Assembly (NCBI RefSeq): GCF_963921235.1
Contig: NC_086097.1
Coordinates: 34,908,001-34,972,000 of the forward strand
Reading direction: 5' to 3'
DNA: 64,000 nucleotides
Source: Mobula hypostoma
Taxonomy: Eukaryota
Under the pieces are notes generated by a model. The model did not search any database, was not told the DNA's origin, and worked only from the letters and a program-made list of their open reading frames with translations. The translations under genes were made by a program, and so were the position numbers. This document shows, piece by piece, positions 51,197 through 63,442 of this stretch; position 1 is the first letter of the stretch, and every line of letters begins with the position of its first letter.

Positions 51197-52788
51197 TGAG
51201 GATGTAACAAAACACATTGATGAAGGTGGAGCAGTGGATTTAGTGTACATGGATTTCAGTAAGGCATTTGATAAGGTTCCCCATGCAAGGCTCATTCAGA
51301 AAGTAAGGAGGCATGGGGTCCAAGGAGACCTTGTTTTATGGATCCAGAACTGGCTTGTCAACAGAAGGCAAAGGATGGTTGTGGATGGTTCATATTCTGC
51401 ATGGAGGACGGTGACCAGTGGTGTTCTGCGGGTATCTGTTCTGGGACCCCTCCTCTTTGTGATTTTCATAAATGACCTGGGTGAGGAAGTAGAAGGGTGA
51501 GTTAGTAAGTTCGCTGATGACACAAAGTTTGGGGGTGTTGTGGATAGTCTGAAGGGTTGTCAGAGGTTACAGTGGGACATCGACAGAATGCAGATTTGGG
51601 CTGAGAAGTGGTAGATGGAGTTCAGCCCAGATAAGTGTGAAGTGGTTCACTTCAGTAGGACAAATTTGAAGACAGAATATAACATTAATGGTAAGACTCT
51701 TGGCAGTGTGGGGGGAGAGAGGTCTTGGGGTCCGGGTCCACAGGATATTCAAAACTGCTGCATAGGTTGACAGTGTTGTTAAGAAGGTGCATGGTGTGTT
51801 GTCATTCATCAACCGTAGGATTGAGTTCAAGAGCTCTGAGATAATGTTATAGCTATATAAGACCTGGGTCAGACCCCACTTGGAGTACTGTGTACATTTC
51901 TGGTCACCTCACCACAGAAAGGATGTGGATACTCTACAGAGAGTGCAGAGGAGATTTACAAGGATGTCGCCTGGATTGGGGAGCATGCCTTATGAGAATA
52001 GGTTGAATGAACTGGGCCTTTTCTCCTTGGAGTGATGGAGGATGAGAGGTGATCTGATAGAGGTGTATAAGGTGATAAGAGGCATTGATCATGTGGATAG
52101 CCAGAAGCTTTTTCCCATGGCTGAAATGGCTAGCACGAAGGGGCAGAGTTTAAAGGTGATTGGACATAGATATAAAAAGATGTCAGCGGTAAGTTTTTCA
52201 TACAGAGAGTGGTGGATGCGTGGAGTACACTGCCAGCGATGGTGGTGGAGGCGGATACAATAGGGACTTTTAAAAGACTCTTAGATAGGTACATGGAGCT
52301 TAGAAATATAGAGGGTTATGCAGTAGGGAAATTCTAGGCAGTTTCTAGTGTAGGTTACATGGTTGGCACAACATTGTGTGTTGAAGGGCCTGTAATGTGC
52401 TGTGGATTTTCTATGTTTCTATGTTTCTATGTTTCTATCTGGCCTGTCGAGCCTGCTCCGCCATTCAATAAGATCATGGCTGATCTGGCCATGGACTCAT
52501 CTCCACCTCCCTGCCTTTTCCCCATAACCCTTAATTTCCTTACTATACAAAAATCTATCCAACCTTGTCTTAAATATATTTACCGAGGTAGCCTCCACTG
52601 CTTAATTGGACAGAGAATTCCACAGATTCACCACCCTCTGGGAAAAGTAGTTCCTCCTTATCTCAGTCCTAAATCTACTCCCCCAAATGTTGAGGCTTTG
52701 TCCCTTAGTTCTAGTCTCACTTATCAGTGGAAACAACTTTCCTGCCTCTATCTTACCTATCCCTTTCATAATTTTATATGTTTCTATA
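51197..52788 (+). mobile_element. 5'-truncated CR1 (+, 51197-52436) abutting an inverted CR1 3' fragment (52437-52788)
   Basis: [11 protein letters not shown] and [12 protein letters not shown] motifs; (TTTCTATG)n tail. Confidence 0.85.
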
Positions 52789-53719
52789 GAACAAAGAAAT
52801 ACAATAGAATTAATGAAAATATACATAAGCAAAGACTGGCAGACAACTGATGAGCAGAGGAAGGCAAACTGCAAATAAAAATATAGACAAATAAATGACA
52901 CTCTAAACATGAGTTGTATAGACATTGCAAGTGAGTCCATAGGTGGTAGAATCAGTTCAGTATGGTATGTGAAGTCATTCACGCTAGTTCAGGAGGGTAA
53001 TAATTATTTGTGAACCTGATAGTGTGGGATCTCCTTCCTGATGGCAGCAGTGAGAAGAGAGCATGAGATTAGCTTGGATGTTCATCTTGGTCAGCATGGA
53101 CCAGTTGTCTGAAGGGCCTGTTTCTATGCTGAATGATCCTAGGACATATCTGCACAGCAAAGACCAAACTTTGGCTACCTGTATCGTAATACAATTGTTT
53201 AATGTTGTATGACAGAACTCCACCCATTGTGCTAGTGCATAATAAGTCTAGGCATATTTCATATGTTGGAAATGAGAATTGTAGAGGGATGAAAATTCTT
53301 AGAGACATCTTTGACATTCACCTTCAAATGTTTTAAATTCTTCAATACTTGTTCAGTCCCTGACAACCACCTTCCAACTCCCTAAAAACTGCACCGTGAA
53401 TAATACCACCTTTTTGATATCAAAAAAAGACTTAATGGAAAGACCCATGACATTAATTGGATTTAATGAATACAAGTAATAACATGCTTTCAAAAGGAAC
53501 ATTACTGCCTGGCTTTATTACCAAAGAGACATTAATCTACTAATTAACCCTTGCATCATTTAAGTTATGTCCTGGCAAGCGTAAAAGAAGTCCTGGTGTA
53601 ACATGGCAGACGTATGACAATACTGTCAAGAGAATGATTAAAATGGGACAATAATGTCCCAGCTAATATATTGGGGAGGTATAGTATCGAGTTTCCTTTT
53701 GGACAGGATAACTTGACTA

Positions 53720-56555
53720 TTAAGCAGAGCAATGAGAACTCTTGAGAGAATAAGGGGTATATCTGCAAAGCCAGTGCTCTGTTTTGAGTGTCAGATGTGG
53801 TATTTCTGGGAGGCTACTAGCCTCCCCAGTGACCACATCTGCACCAGGTACCTTGAGATGCAGCTCCTTAGAGACCGAGTTCCGGAACTGGAGCTGCAGC
53901 TCGATGACTTTCTGCTTAATAGGGAAAGTGAAGTGATGATAGACAGGAGCTGACAAGGGAAATTAGGGATAGTATCAATTCCAAAGAAGAAACATACAAA
54001 TTAGCCAGAAAAAGCGGCACACCTGAGGACTGGGAGAAATTCAGAGTCCAGCAGAGGAGGACAAAGGGCTTAATTAGGAAAGGGAAAAAAGATTATGAGA
54101 GAAAACTGGCAGGGAACATAAAAACTGGCTGTAAAAGCTTTTATAGATATGTGAAAAGAAAAAGATTGGTTAAGACAAATGTAGGTCCCTTGCAGTCAGA
54201 AACAGGTGAATTGATCATGGGGAACAAGGACATGGCAGACCAATTGAATAACTACTTTGGTTCTGTCTTCACTAAGGAGGACATAAATAATCTTCTGGAA
54301 ATAGTAGGGGACCGAGGGTCTAGTGAGATGGAGGAACCAAGGGAAATACATGTTAGTAGGGAAGTAGTGTTAGGTAAATTGAGGGGATTAAAAGCAGATA
54401 AATCCCCAGGGCCGGATGTTCTGCATCCCAGAGTGCTTAAGGAAGTAGCCCAAGAAATAGTGGATGCATTAGTGATAATTTTTCAAAACTCTTTAGATTC
54501 TGGACTAGTTCCTGAGGATTGGAGGGTGGCTAATGTAACCCCACTTTTTAAAAAAGGAGGGAGAGAGAAACCGGGGAATTATAGACCAGTTAGCCTAACA
54601 TCGGTGGTGGGGAAAATGCTAGAGTCAGTTATCAAAGATGTGATAACAGCACATTTGGAAAGCGGTGAAATCATCGGACAAAGTCAGCATGGATTTGTGA
54701 AAGGAAAATCATGTCTGATGAATCTCATAGAATTTTTTGAGGATGTAACTAGTAGAGTGGATAGGGGAGAACCAGTGGATGTGGTATATTTGGGTTTTCA
54801 AAAGGCTTTTGACAAGGTCCCACACAGGAGATTAGTGTGCAAACTTAAAGCACATGGTATTGGGGGTATGGTATTGATGAGGATAGAGAATTGGTTGGCA
54901 GACAGGAAGCAAAGAGTGGGAATAAATGGGACCTTTTCAGAATGGCAGGCAGTGACTAGTGAGATACCACAAAGCTCAGTGCTGGGACCCCAGTTGTTTA
55001 CAATATATATTAATGACTTAGACGAGGGAATTAAATGCAGCATCTCCAAGCTTGTGGATGACACGAAGCTAGGTGACAGTGTTAGCTGTGAGGAGGATGC
55101 TAAGAGGATGCAGGGTGACTTGGATAGGTTAAGTGAGTAGGCAAATTCATGGCAGATGCAAATTAGTGTGGATAAATGTGAGGTTATCCACTTTGGTGGC
55201 AAGAACAGGAAAACAGATTATTATCTGAATGGTGGCTGATTAGGAAAAGGGGAGGTGCAACGAGACCTGGGTGTCATTGTACACCAGTCATTGAAAGTGA
55301 GCATGCAGGTGCAGCAGGCGGTGAAAAAGGCGAATGGTATGCTGGCATTCATAGCAAGAGGATTTGAGTACAGGAGCAGGGAGGTACTACTGCAGTTGTA
55401 CAAGGTCTTGGTGAGACCACACCTGGAGTATTGTGTGCAGTTTTGGTCCCCTAATCTGAGGAAAGACATCCTTGCCATAGAGGGAGTACAAAGAAGGTTC
55501 ACCAGATTGATTCCTGGGATGGCAGGACTTTCATATGAAGAAAGACTGGATCAACTAGGCTTATACTCTCTGGAATTTAGAAGACTGGGGGGGGGGGGGT
55601 GGATCTTATTGAAACGTGTAAAATTCTAAAGGGATTGGACAGGCTAGATGCAGGAAGATTGTTCCCGATGTTGGGGAAGTCCAGAACGAGGGGTCACAGT
55701 TTAAGGATAAAGGGGAAGCCTTTTAGGACCGAGATGAGGAAAAACTTCTTCACACTCAGAGTGGTGAATCTGTGGAATTCTCTGCCACAGGAAACAGTTG
55801 AGGCCAGTTCATTGGCTATATTTAAGAGGGAGTTAGATATGGCCCTTGTGGCTAAATGGATCGGGGGTATGGAGAGAAGGCAGGTTCAGGATTCTGAGTT
55901 GGATGATCAGCTATTAACATACTGAATGACGGTGCAGGCTTGAAGGGCTGAATGGCCTACTCCTGCACTTATTTTCTATGTTTCTATGTTTCTAGGAGCT
56001 ACAGGGACGTGGTCACACAAAGACTACAGGAGGCAGATAAATGGGTGACTGTCAGGAGAGGGAAGGGAGAACGTCAGATAGTGGAGAGCACCCCTGTGGC
56101 CATCCCCCTCAACAGTAAGTACTCCATTTTGAGTACTAGTGGGGGGTAGGGGATGAACTTCCTGGGGGAAGCAACAGCGGCCATGTCTCTGGCACTGAGT
56201 TTGGCCCTGTGGCTCAGAAGTGTAGGGAACTGAGGAGGAGGGCAGCAGTGGTAGGGGACTCTATAGTCAGGGGGACAGATAGGTGATTCTGTGGATGCAA
56301 AAAGCAAACACGGATGGTAGTTTGCCTCCCAGATGCCAGGGTCCACGATATTTCTGAATGCATCCACAATATCCTGAAAAGGGAAGGTGAGCAGCCAGAA
56401 CTCATGGTACATATTGGTACTAACAACGTAAGTAGAAAAAAGTAGAAGGTCCTGAAGAAAGAATACAAGGAGTTAGGAAGGAAACCGAGAAGCAGGAGCT
56501 CCAGGATAGTAATCTCAGGATTGCTGCTTGCGCCATGCGACAGTGAGGTTAGGAT
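53720..56555 (+). mobile_element. CR1 ORF1 region split by a younger CR1
   Basis: CFECQMW..LQLDD at 53732-53950 resumes as RSYRDVVT at 55994; esterase VVGDSIV motif. Confidence 0.85.
53952..55993 (+). mobile_element. Young 5'-truncated CR1 with a 329-aa open RT stretch (non-functional)
   Basis: 7-bp TSD AGGAGCT at 53945 and 55994; ORF 54151-55140 has FADD changed to LVDD and a premature stop; (TTTCTATG)n tail. Confidence 0.92.
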
Positions 56556-56557
56556 TA

Positions 56558-57300
56558 AGACCAATTTATACTTGTGCGTCAAATCGACGCTGTAGGTATG
56601 GTGTAGCCATGTACCCTACACCATACCCTACGCCGTAGCCTGACGCGCACCTCCCCAAAAATGTTACTACGCGTCGCGGCGACACAGACCGCAACAACTG
56701 TGATTGGTCTGCTTGGTAGCCTTGCATTTCCTCCTACGCTGCAATAGCTTCCCATTGGGCGACTGAAGGGCAGGGAAGGAATTCTGGCTGCAATGCTTTC
56801 CATAAAGCTTTCCAGACCTCCAAAATTATGGAGGACCCTGTGCTTGACGCCAGTTTGTAGCTAGCTGCTACAGCCTGTTGACTTCCACCTGAAGCTAAAA
56901 CTCGAATGGTGATTGCCAGTCTCAGAGTATACTGTGCGTACACTGATGCGAAATAAATGGTTGGAGATGATGAACTAAATCGTCAAACCTATCTGCCGAC
57001 ATCCGAAAATATTTGAAATGCATTTCCTCGTCCGTGTCTCTCAGTGGCCGGACAAGCACAGAAAATTCACCCTCCTTCAGTTTCAGTCGCCATTGTTTGA
57101 AGTTTGAGTTTCTTCGTGTTGAGTTTCAACATGAAGAAACTCAACACAGTGGCATAGAAACCCCACCGCCAACTAGCGTTTTGGTGGTGAATTACAGAGC
57201 GACGCAGACACACCAATGCACAAGTATAAATGCTCACAACAGCATAGCCCACTTGTGTTGGCTACGGCGTAAACTAATACGCATAAGTATAAATCAGCCT
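56558..57300 (-). mobile_element. PIF/Harbinger transposon, internally deleted
   Basis: TIRs AGACCAATTTATACTTGTGCGT and ACGCATAAGTATAAATCAGCCT in TTAA contexts; transposase remnant [17 protein letters not shown] / [25 protein letters not shown]. Confidence 0.85.
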
Positions 57301-57896
57301 TAAGAGATTTTACAGATATGTTAAGAGCAAAAGGATTGCAAGGGACAAAATTGGTCCTCTGAAAGATCAGAGTGGTAATCAATGTGAGGAACCAAAAGAG
57401 ATGGCGGAGAACTTAAGTGCATTTTTTGCATCTGTATTTACTCAGGAAACCAATGTGGAGTCCATAGATGTGATGCAAATAGTATCAACTGCATGGACCC
57501 TATACAGATTACAGAGGAGGAGGCGTTTGCTGTCTTCAGGCAAATTAGGGTGGATAAATCCCCAGGGCCTGACAAGGTGTTCCTTTGGATCTTGCGGGAG
57601 GCAAGTGTAGAAATTTTCGAGGCTCTAGAAGAGATATTGAAATCATCCTTAATGGGGTGAGGTACCAGGAAAACTAATGTTGTTCCAGTGTTTAAGAAAG
57701 TCTCTGAATATAAATCAGCAAATTATAGGCCGGTGAGCCTGGAAAGGTTATTGGAAGGTATTCTGAGGAATATGAGTATTTGGATAGACATGGACTGATT
57801 AAGGCTAGTCAGCATGGCTTCGTGCATCGTAGGTTGTGTCTAACCAATCTGATAGAGTTTTTCGAGGAAGTTACCAAGAAAGTTGATGAAGGTAAG

Positions 57897-58124
57897 TGAA
57901 ACACCTTCAATAACTCCAAAAGACCAAGGTTAGGTAAAATACCGAAAGGCTTTTATTCGCTGTACAATACAACCTCCATGGTGAGTGTCTGCCCCCGGAC
58001 TGAGGGGGAGGGGCAAGGCGAAACACCTTTATACAGGATCTGTGGGAGGAACCACAGGGGCAGTCAGCAGAGGGGCGTGTTCAGACAGTTAACCCAGTTA
58101 CAACATTTATATGGTTTACCACCA
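57897..58124 (-). mobile_element. Short solo LTR (228 bp), Gypsy-like
   Basis: TG...CA termini; 4-bp TSD TAAG at 57893 and 58125; TATAAA and AATAAA on the minus strand. Confidence 0.8.
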
Positions 58125-58333
58125 TAAGACATGTTGTTTACATAGTCTTTTGCAAGACATTTGACAAGGTCCTGCTTGGGAGTTGGTCAGGAAGGTTCAG
58201 TTGCTCGGCATTCAAGATGAGATAGTAAATTGGATTAGACATTGACTTTGTGGGAGTAACCAGAGAGTGGTAGTAGATGGTTACCTCTCTGCCTGGAGGC
58301 TTGTGACTAATGGAGTACCACAGGGATCAGTGC

Positions 58334-58457
58334 AGCACTCACAACATGCTGGAGGAACTTAGCAGGTCGGGCAGCATCCGTGGAAATGATCAGTCAACGT
58401 TTCGGGCCGGAATCCTTCATCAGGACTGAAGTGGGAAGGGGCAGAGGCCCTAGCCCT
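58334..58457 (-). mobile_element. Penelope-like terminal fragment of a diverged subfamily
   Basis: Homologous to 44782-44890; splits CR1 RT at GTGC (58330 and 58458). Confidence 0.75.
58391..58428 (-). ncRNA. Minimal type I hammerhead ribozyme motif, variant with intact core
   Basis: CAGTC-CTGATGA-aGGattccggCCc-GAAA-CG-TT^GACTG (N7=U, GUU triplet). Confidence 0.72.
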
Positions 58458-59521
58458 GTGCTGGGTCTGTTGTTGTTTGCCATCTATATCAATGATGTGG
58501 ATGATAATGTAGTTAACCTATCAGCAGATTTGTGGATGACACCAAGATTGGGGGTGTAGTGGACAGTGAGGAAGACTATCGGGACTTGCAGTGGGACCTG
58601 GACCAGATGAAACAATGGGCTGAAAGATGGCAGATGAAATTTAATACAGACAAGTGCAAGCTGTTACACTTCAGTAGGACCAACCAGGATAGGTCTTCCA
58701 GAGTGAATGGTAAGTGCAGTAGGACAATGAATACAGGTCAATAATTCATTGAAAGTGAGCTGCCAGCAGAAGTGGTGCATGTGAGTTTGATTTCAAAGTT
58801 TAAAAGAAGTTTGGATAGGTACATGGATGGTAGGGGTATGGAGAGCTATGGTCCTGGAGCAGGTCAATGGGAGTAGTCAGCTTCAATGGTTTAGCACAGA
58901 CTGGATGGGCTGAAGGGCCTGTTTCTGTGCTGTACTTTTCTATGACTCTGTAACAATGACATTGTTATTGTTAAGAGAGGTTTTGCTCAACTGCCGTCCA
59001 TTTTTGCTTTTCTTTCCTAGTTGTTAATGCTTTCATATCATATGCTGTAGCAACTAAGAGTTATTTTGTTATCACTGAAATTTCAATTCCAGGCTGTGTC
59101 ATTATATCTAGTAGGATTGGTTACAACATGACTTCTGGTGATATTCATTCCTTTTCTATAATCTTCTGCACAGACTCCATTTAACCCCTTGTACATTGAC
59201 ACATGGGAGCATTATACTTCTCTGGGTTGAGGCCACAAAACAATTATTTTGTGACAGTGGAATCCACCATTGCGCTCACTTAACCAGGGTTTGGGCAAAC
59301 ACATCTTCTACAATGTAATAATTTTTCTCTTGGTGGTTTCATTCTAATAACAGTTATTTTCACAAAACTCTGCCAAAACAACACTTTCTTCAATTCTTTG
59401 TCCTACAGATTTCTCCTCCAGGCCTAACAATAACTTCCTTCCTAACTTGCTCAGACTCACACATTAAAGAATCACAATGCAAAAAGGGAGAGAATTCAGC
59501 TTCTGTGCCTTTGTTTTCTCG

Positions 59522-59995
59522 TGGAGTCATAGACACTGCTCCTCAGAAACAGGCCCTTCGGCCGTCTAGTCCATGCCGGACTGTTATTCTGCCTAGTTCC
59601 ATCGACCTGCACCAGGGCCATAGGCCTCCATATGCCTCCATTCCAAGTTTCTCCCAAATTGAAAGTGAACCCGCATCCACCACCTCCAGTGGCATCTCAT
59701 TCCACACTATCACCACCCCCTGAGTGAAGACGTCTCCCCTTCGTGTTCCCCTTAGATAGCTTACCTTCCACCCTCAACCTATGACCTTTAGTCTAGTCTC
59801 ACCCAACCTCAGTGGAAAAAGCCTGCTCGAAATTACCCCATAAATGCCCCTCATAATTTTGTATACCTCTATCAAATCTCCTCTCATTCTTCAAGGCTCC
59901 AAGGAATAACGTCCTAACTTATTCAACCTTTTCCTGTAACTCAATTCCTGGCAAAGGCCTTGTAAATTTTCTCCGTACTCTCTCAATCTTATTGA
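59522..59995 (-). mobile_element. CR1 3' fragment
   Basis: Colinear with 4281-4790. Confidence 0.8.
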
Positions 59996-60629
59996 ATAAA
60001 TCAGTGAATTGCTCTCAGTCTACTGATAACTTCCTATGGCCAAACATTAAAAAAAAATCTGATCAAGTATATACATTTGTATAAAATTCTCTTCCAAAAA
60101 TTACTCTTGAACTTGCTTCCATTCCCCTCTCAGACATTACATTTCAAGTTGCTGCATTTTAAAATAACCTCTTCTCTGCCTTGCTGGATCTTTTACCCTT
60201 CTGCTGCCGAGCCTGGAAATTTGAGCTTGTACCCAGCCATTTGTATCCATATTTGTCCAAGAATACAAAACACCATTGCTGATTGTACTGAAACTGCTCA
60301 TCAAATGCTATTCGATACCAATTGAAACATTTAAAATATTAATAGTCAGAAACAAAACAAGTTAGCATACTAACCCCCCTGTAACAGCTATAACTGTCCC
60401 CATAAGGACGAACATTCACTGAGGTTGAGACCCAGATTATATGTTGTCCCTTCTGAACTCCATTATGCCTCAGCATGAGGATGATGTACAACAAGACCCT
60501 GTCAATGGCCTGGACCACTTACTGCACTGAAACAGGACTTCTGCTCCATCAAGTCCACATTCATGAACAGCCTCCTATTTCTGGAAAGTTTAAATTAATC
60601 CCATTTTTGATCGGTTTCACTTTCTGTGA

Positions 60630-61500
60630 TTAGTTTATTACTGTCACATGTACCAAGATACTGTGAACATTTTTGTTTTGCATGCCAACTACAAAGATTA
60701 TTTAACAATGTACTGTAAGCAGGTTGAGGTAGTACAGGAGAAAAGCAATAACAGAATGCGGAATATAGTATTACAGTTACAGAGAGAGTAGATAATAAGG
60801 TGCAAGAGCCGTGATGAGGTAGGTTGCGAAGTTAAGAGTTCATCTTTATTGTACAAAAGTTTCATTCAATAGTCTTATAACAGAGGGATTGGAGCTGTCC
60901 TTGATGCTAGGTGCTGTGTGTTTTCATGCTTTAGTATCTTCCGCCCAATGGAAAAGAGGAAGAGAGGTAATAAACAGGGTGGGAGGAATCCTTGATTATG
61001 TCACGTGCTTTCTGAGGCAGTGGGAAACGTAGACAGAGTCCAGGAAGCGGAGGTTAGTTCTTTGTGGTGGACTGAGCTGTGACCACAACTCCTTGCAGTT
61101 TCTTGTGGTCTCAAGCCTCAATGCATTGGGATAGGATGCTTTCCACAGTGCATGGAGCATAGAAAGCAAAACTGGTGAGTGTTGATATCTGAATTTCATA
61201 TTTAAAATTTCTGTATTTCCTTAGTCTTCTGAGGAGGCAGAAGTTCTGGAGAGCTCTCTTGGCTATGGCATCAATGTGGTTGGACCAAGGCTATTGGTAA
61301 TGCTTACATCTAGAAACTTGAAGTTCTCAACCATCTTCTCCTCGATACAGGGATGTATGCCCCACTCTCCTTCCTGAAGTGAATGACCAGTTACTTAGTT
61401 TTTCTGACATTGAGGAAGACATTGTCACTGGGCCCTACATTTCCTTCCTGTACTCTGTTTCATCAGTATTTCAGATTATGGTGTCATCACCTGCAAACAT
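60630..61500 (-). mobile_element. Old Rex1-type LINE 3' fragment
   Basis: 3' UTR shared with about 39040-39210; degenerate RT C-terminus. Confidence 0.55.
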
Positions 61501-61559
61501 ATGAAACTCTAAACTTCTCATTAACCCCTCCCAGATTCTACCTCCACAGACTACTTACA

Positions 61560-61733
61560 GCAGCCATTTAACCTAGCAACCCACATATCTGAGTAATCTG
61601 AAGCACGTAGAGGAAACTCGCGCTGTCCCAGGGAGAACATGCGAACTCCACACAGACAACATTCAAGGTCAGAATTGAACCCAGGTCCTTGGTTCTGTGA
61701 GGCAGCAGCTCTACTTGCAGCACCACTGTGTCA
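61560..61733 (-). mobile_element. HE1/V-SINE-like element
   Basis: Minus strand: tRNA-like head (GGTTCAATTC B-box), then TGTGTGGAGTTCGCATGTTCTCCC..GTTTCCTC. Confidence 0.7.
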
Positions 61734-61964
61734 CTAAAACAGTGGACATTGTTATTCATGTGAGAATGGAAATTCTATGACAGAATAGTTCTGAGATAAT
61801 GGCGGTAAAAGTACTGACTTTAACCATAATGGTAAGGATACTATGAACCATGAACTTTGCTAACCTTTAACTTCAGTTCCTTATTTGAAAGACCATGCAT
61901 GCTTAGAACAGTAAACGACAAAGAATGCCATTTTGCTTTTCAAATTGCAGTTGAAATAGACTCA

Positions 61965-62403
61965 GGTACAGAAGTGGAACCCAGTGTTGTCTTCTGCACC
62001 CCACATGTGGTTATTTGAGTTACTGTCACTTTCCTGTCAGCATGAACCATCTAGCCACTCTCCTCTGACCTCTCTCATGAACAAGGCTTTTTTGCTGGTC
62101 ACCAGATTTTTTTTTTTTTGCTTTTAGCACCATTCTCTGTGAATTCTAGGGACTGTTGTGTGTGAAAATCCCAGGAGATCAGCAGTTTCTGAAATAGTCA
62201 AACCATTCCATCTGGCACCAGCATTGTCAAAATCACTTGGATCACATTTCTTCCCCATTCTGATGTTTGGTTTAAACAACAACTGTACCTCTTGGCTATG
62301 TCTGTATGCTTTTATGAATTGAGTTCCTACCACATGATTGGCTGATAAGATATTTGCATTCACAAGCAGGTGTACAGGTGTACCTAATAAAGTGGCCAGA
62401 GTG
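61965..62403 (-). mobile_element. Tc1/mariner remnant
   Basis: MGKKCDPSDFD..GLTISETADLLGFSHTTV.RIHREWC HTH region; terminus CACTCTGGCCACTTTATTAGGTACA next to TA. Confidence 0.8.
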
Positions 62404-62530
62404 TATTTCAGTATGTCTGCTGCTTGTAAAAATCAAGCATGATTTATGTTTAATTTGTTTTTCTTGTGAATGCTTTGTGCCTGTGATGCTGTGATAAGTT
62501 TATCACTGATCCTGTGCATGTACATGCGTA

Positions 62531-63120
62531 TATTAGATTAGATTAGATTAGATTATGAGGACACCCAGTCCTCGTTTATTGTCATTTAGAAATGCATGCA
62601 TTAAGAAATGATACAATGTTCCTCCAGTATGATATCACAGAAACACAGGACAAACCAAAGACTAACACTAACAAGACCACATAATTATAACATATAGTTA
62701 CAGCAGTGCAAAGCAATACCATAATTTGATAAAGAGCAGACCATGGGCACGGTAACGATCAACTCTCAATAGTCCCCCGATAGCAGACGGCAGGAGGGAG
62801 AAACTGTCTCTGTCATAAACCTCCAGGCACCAACAACTGTTGATGCACTGGAAGCTCCAGCCCCCAGCCAACTCTGAGTCGGTCCGAAAACTTCGAGCTT
62901 CCGACCAGCCCTTCGACACTGAGCACCGAGCACCACCTCTGCCGAGCGCTTCGACCCCGTCCCGGCCGCCGAGCAACAGGCAAAGCCAAGGATTCGGGGC
63001 CTCCCCTCCGGAGATTCAGGATCACACAGTAACAGCGGCAGTGAAAAAGGCATTTCAGATGTTTCTCCAGATGTTCCTCCATTCTCTCACGTCTGTCTCC
63101 ATCAAATCAGAATTGTGCAC
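62531..63120 (-). mobile_element. Second copy of the (AATCT)n-tailed retroposon
   Basis: Reverse-complement homology to 14791-15397; ATTAG repeats at the left end. Confidence 0.8.
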
Positions 63121-63442
63121 AATTAACTTGACAATAAACAATAAACTTGACTTTGATATTGACTTTTGAAAGGTTGCATTCTTATTTGTCTCACCTTTGA
63201 ATTCCTTGCATATCCTCCTTAACTTTTCAAGAAAAATAATATGCAGGAGAAAGTTCTTTAGAGCAGTGTGGAATTTCCAGGATAAAGTTTTAATTCATGT
63301 ACAATACCTTTTAAGTTATTTTTATATAAGAAGTGCTTCTTTGTGTTGAATTAATTGGTCTCATGGTGACAGTGAGGCGATTAAACTATTCTCGGTGCTG
63401 CTGGACAGAGAGTACTTATCCACTTTTTATCAATGACATACC

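Larger units (their letters stand above)
57301..58950 (+). mobile_element. Decayed CR1 ORF2 hosting a solo LTR and a Penelope-like fragment
   Basis: KRFYRYVKSKR, DKSPGPD and DDTKIGGVVDSEE motifs; 3' tail at about 58945. Confidence 0.8.

Noticed and set aside
54151..55140. Longest ORF (329 aa) as a functional gene
   Set aside because: It is a CR1 RT fragment in a 5'-truncated copy, with an altered catalytic motif (LVDD) and a premature stop
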